Virus record (IMG/VR): IMGVR_UViG_2667527994_000015
Length of the DNA: 37,378 nucleotides
Strand: one strand, 5' to 3'
Source: a virus
Taxonomy: Duplodnaviria; Heunggongvirae; Uroviricota; Caudoviricetes
Part shown: positions 36,326 through 37,378 of the stretch, piece after piece
How the letters are laid out: the number at the start of each line of letters is the position of its first letter
How positions within the stretch are numbered: position 1 is the stretch's first letter
Notes under the pieces: model-generated
Seen by the model: the letters and a program-made list of their open reading frames with translations, nothing else
The model's database searches: none
Told to the model about the DNA's origin: nothing
Position numbers and translations under genes: made by a program

Positions 36326-37378
36326 ATGGCTGTACGAAAACTCACCACAGGAAAATGGCTTTGCGAATGTTACCCCGCCGGACGTAGTGGGCGTCGTGTG
36401 CGTAAACAATTCGCCACCAAAGGCGAAGCACTGGCTTTTGAGCGTCACACGATGGAAGAAACCGAAGCAAAGCCCTGGCTAGGTGAATCAGTGGATCGTC
36501 GAACACTGAAAGACGTGGTTGAGCTATGGTTCAAACTACATGGTAAATCACTGACTGCTGGGCAGCATGTCTATGACAAATTGCTGCTGATGGTTGACGC
36601 TCTGGGCAATCCCCTTGCAACTGATCTCACCTCTAAAATGTTTGCCCACTATCGAGATAAACGCCTGACAGGTGAGATCTACTTCAGCGAGAAATGGAAG
36701 AAAGGAGCAAGCCCGGTCACCATTAACCTGGAGCAAAGCTATCTAAGTAGTGTTTTTAGCGAACTATCCCGCCTGGGCGAATGGTCGTATCCGAACCCAC
36801 TGGAGAACATGCGAAAATTCACCATCGCAGAAAAAGAGATGGCATGGCTTACCCATGAGCAGATTGTTGAATTACTGGCTGATTGCAAACGTCAGGACCC
36901 AATTCTGGCACTGGTAGTTAAGATATGCTTAAGCACAGGCGCACGCTGGCGAGAAGCCGTAAATCTTACTCGTTCACAGGTGACCAAATACCGAATTACC
37001 TTTGTAAGAACGAAGGGGAAGAAAAACAGAAGCATCCCTATCAGTAAAGAGCTTTACGAAGAGATCATGGCGCTTGATGGGTTCAATTTCTTCACAGACT
37101 GCTATTTTCAATTTTTATCCGTGATGGAAAAAACGTCTATCGTGCTCCCTCGCGGTCAACTCACACACGTTCTGCGCCATACGTTTGCGGCGCACTTCAT
37201 GATGTCGGGTGGAAACATTCTGGCCTTACAAAAAATTCTCGGACACCACGATATAAAAATGACTATGCGTTACGCACATCTGGCACCGGATCATCTGGAA
37301 ACGGCGCTCCGTTTCAATCCTCTGGCAACGCTGCCAAGTGGCGACAAAGTGGCGGCAGCGGTTGGCATTACCCCGTAA
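36326..37378 (+). CDS. int: Tyrosine integrase (186/P2 family)
   Basis: Start MAVRKLTTGKWLCECYPAGRSGRRVRKQFATKGEALAFE with GGAGGG SD; C-terminal HVLRHTFA...MTMRYAHL motifs; resembles 186 Int; last codons overlap attL core. Confidence 0.9.
   Translation: MAVRKLTTGKWLCECYPAGRSGRRVRKQFATKGEALAFERHTMEETEAKPWLGESVDRRTLKDVVELWFKLHGKSLTAGQHVYDKLLLMVDALGNPLATDLTSKMFAHYRDKRLTGEIYFSEKWKKGASPVTINLEQSYLSSVFSELSRLGEWSYPNPLENMRKFTIAEKEMAWLTHEQIVELLADCKRQDPILALVVKICLSTGARWREAVNLTRSQVTKYRITFVRTKGKKNRSIPISKELYEEIMALDGFNFFTDCYFQFLSVMEKTSIVLPRGQLTHVLRHTFAAHFMMSGGNILALQKILGHHDIKMTMRYAHLAPDHLETALRFNPLATLPSGDKVAAAVGITP
37339..37360. repeat. attL core (tggcgacaaaGtggcggcagcg)
   Basis: Direct repeat of 2834..2855 with one mismatch, inside the 3' end of int. 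Confidence 0.6.

Larger units (their letters stand above)
2834..37360. mobile_element. P2/186-family temperate prophage (Peduovirus-like), apparently complete
   Basis: Bounded by 22-bp direct repeats; contains int, cI, apl, cII, replication A, cos-like sequence, complete P2-order head/tail/lysis genes and ogr; host genes only to the left of 2834. Confidence 0.9.

Noticed and set aside
1-37378. CRISPR array
   Set aside because: No series of regularly spaced short direct repeats was seen; the only notable repeats are the att cores, the gix-like inverted repeats, terminator palindromes and the tail-fibre tandem repeat.

Overview
The window holds a short stretch of Escherichia-type chromosome (grxA, ybjM, ybjL; 1..2777) followed by an essentially complete P2/186-family temperate prophage of about 34.5 kb, bounded by 22-bp direct repeats (attR 2834..2855, attL 37339..37360; 21/22 identical). 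All calls come from reading the translations and sequence by eye; no database search was run, and family assignments are from memory of P2 and 186 proteins. The structural and lysis genes are collinear with P2 (ogr, D-U-T-E/E'-FII-FI, H-I-J-W-V, S-R-lysCBA-K-Y-X-L-M-N-O, P-Q), and the immunity region resembles phage 186 (int, cI, apl, cII, a LexA-box-controlled tum/dinI module, and replication gene A with an orphan Dam methylase). Four visibly AT-rich accessory insertions are the main candidates for undescribed biology: (1) a translationally coupled two-gene operon (399-aa protein plus 4-TM membrane protein) in the old/tin-equivalent slot beside cos; (2) a DUF4062-like protein between the portal gene and cos; (3) a 429-aa P-loop NTPase inserted antisense between late genes S and V; (4) a small secreted Cys-rich protein between cI and int. 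A Gin/Pin-type invertase with an invertible tail-fibre segment, a programmed -1 frameshift site in E/E', and three conserved TGT-N12-ACA late-activator sites are also present. No tRNA, rRNA or CRISPR array was seen.
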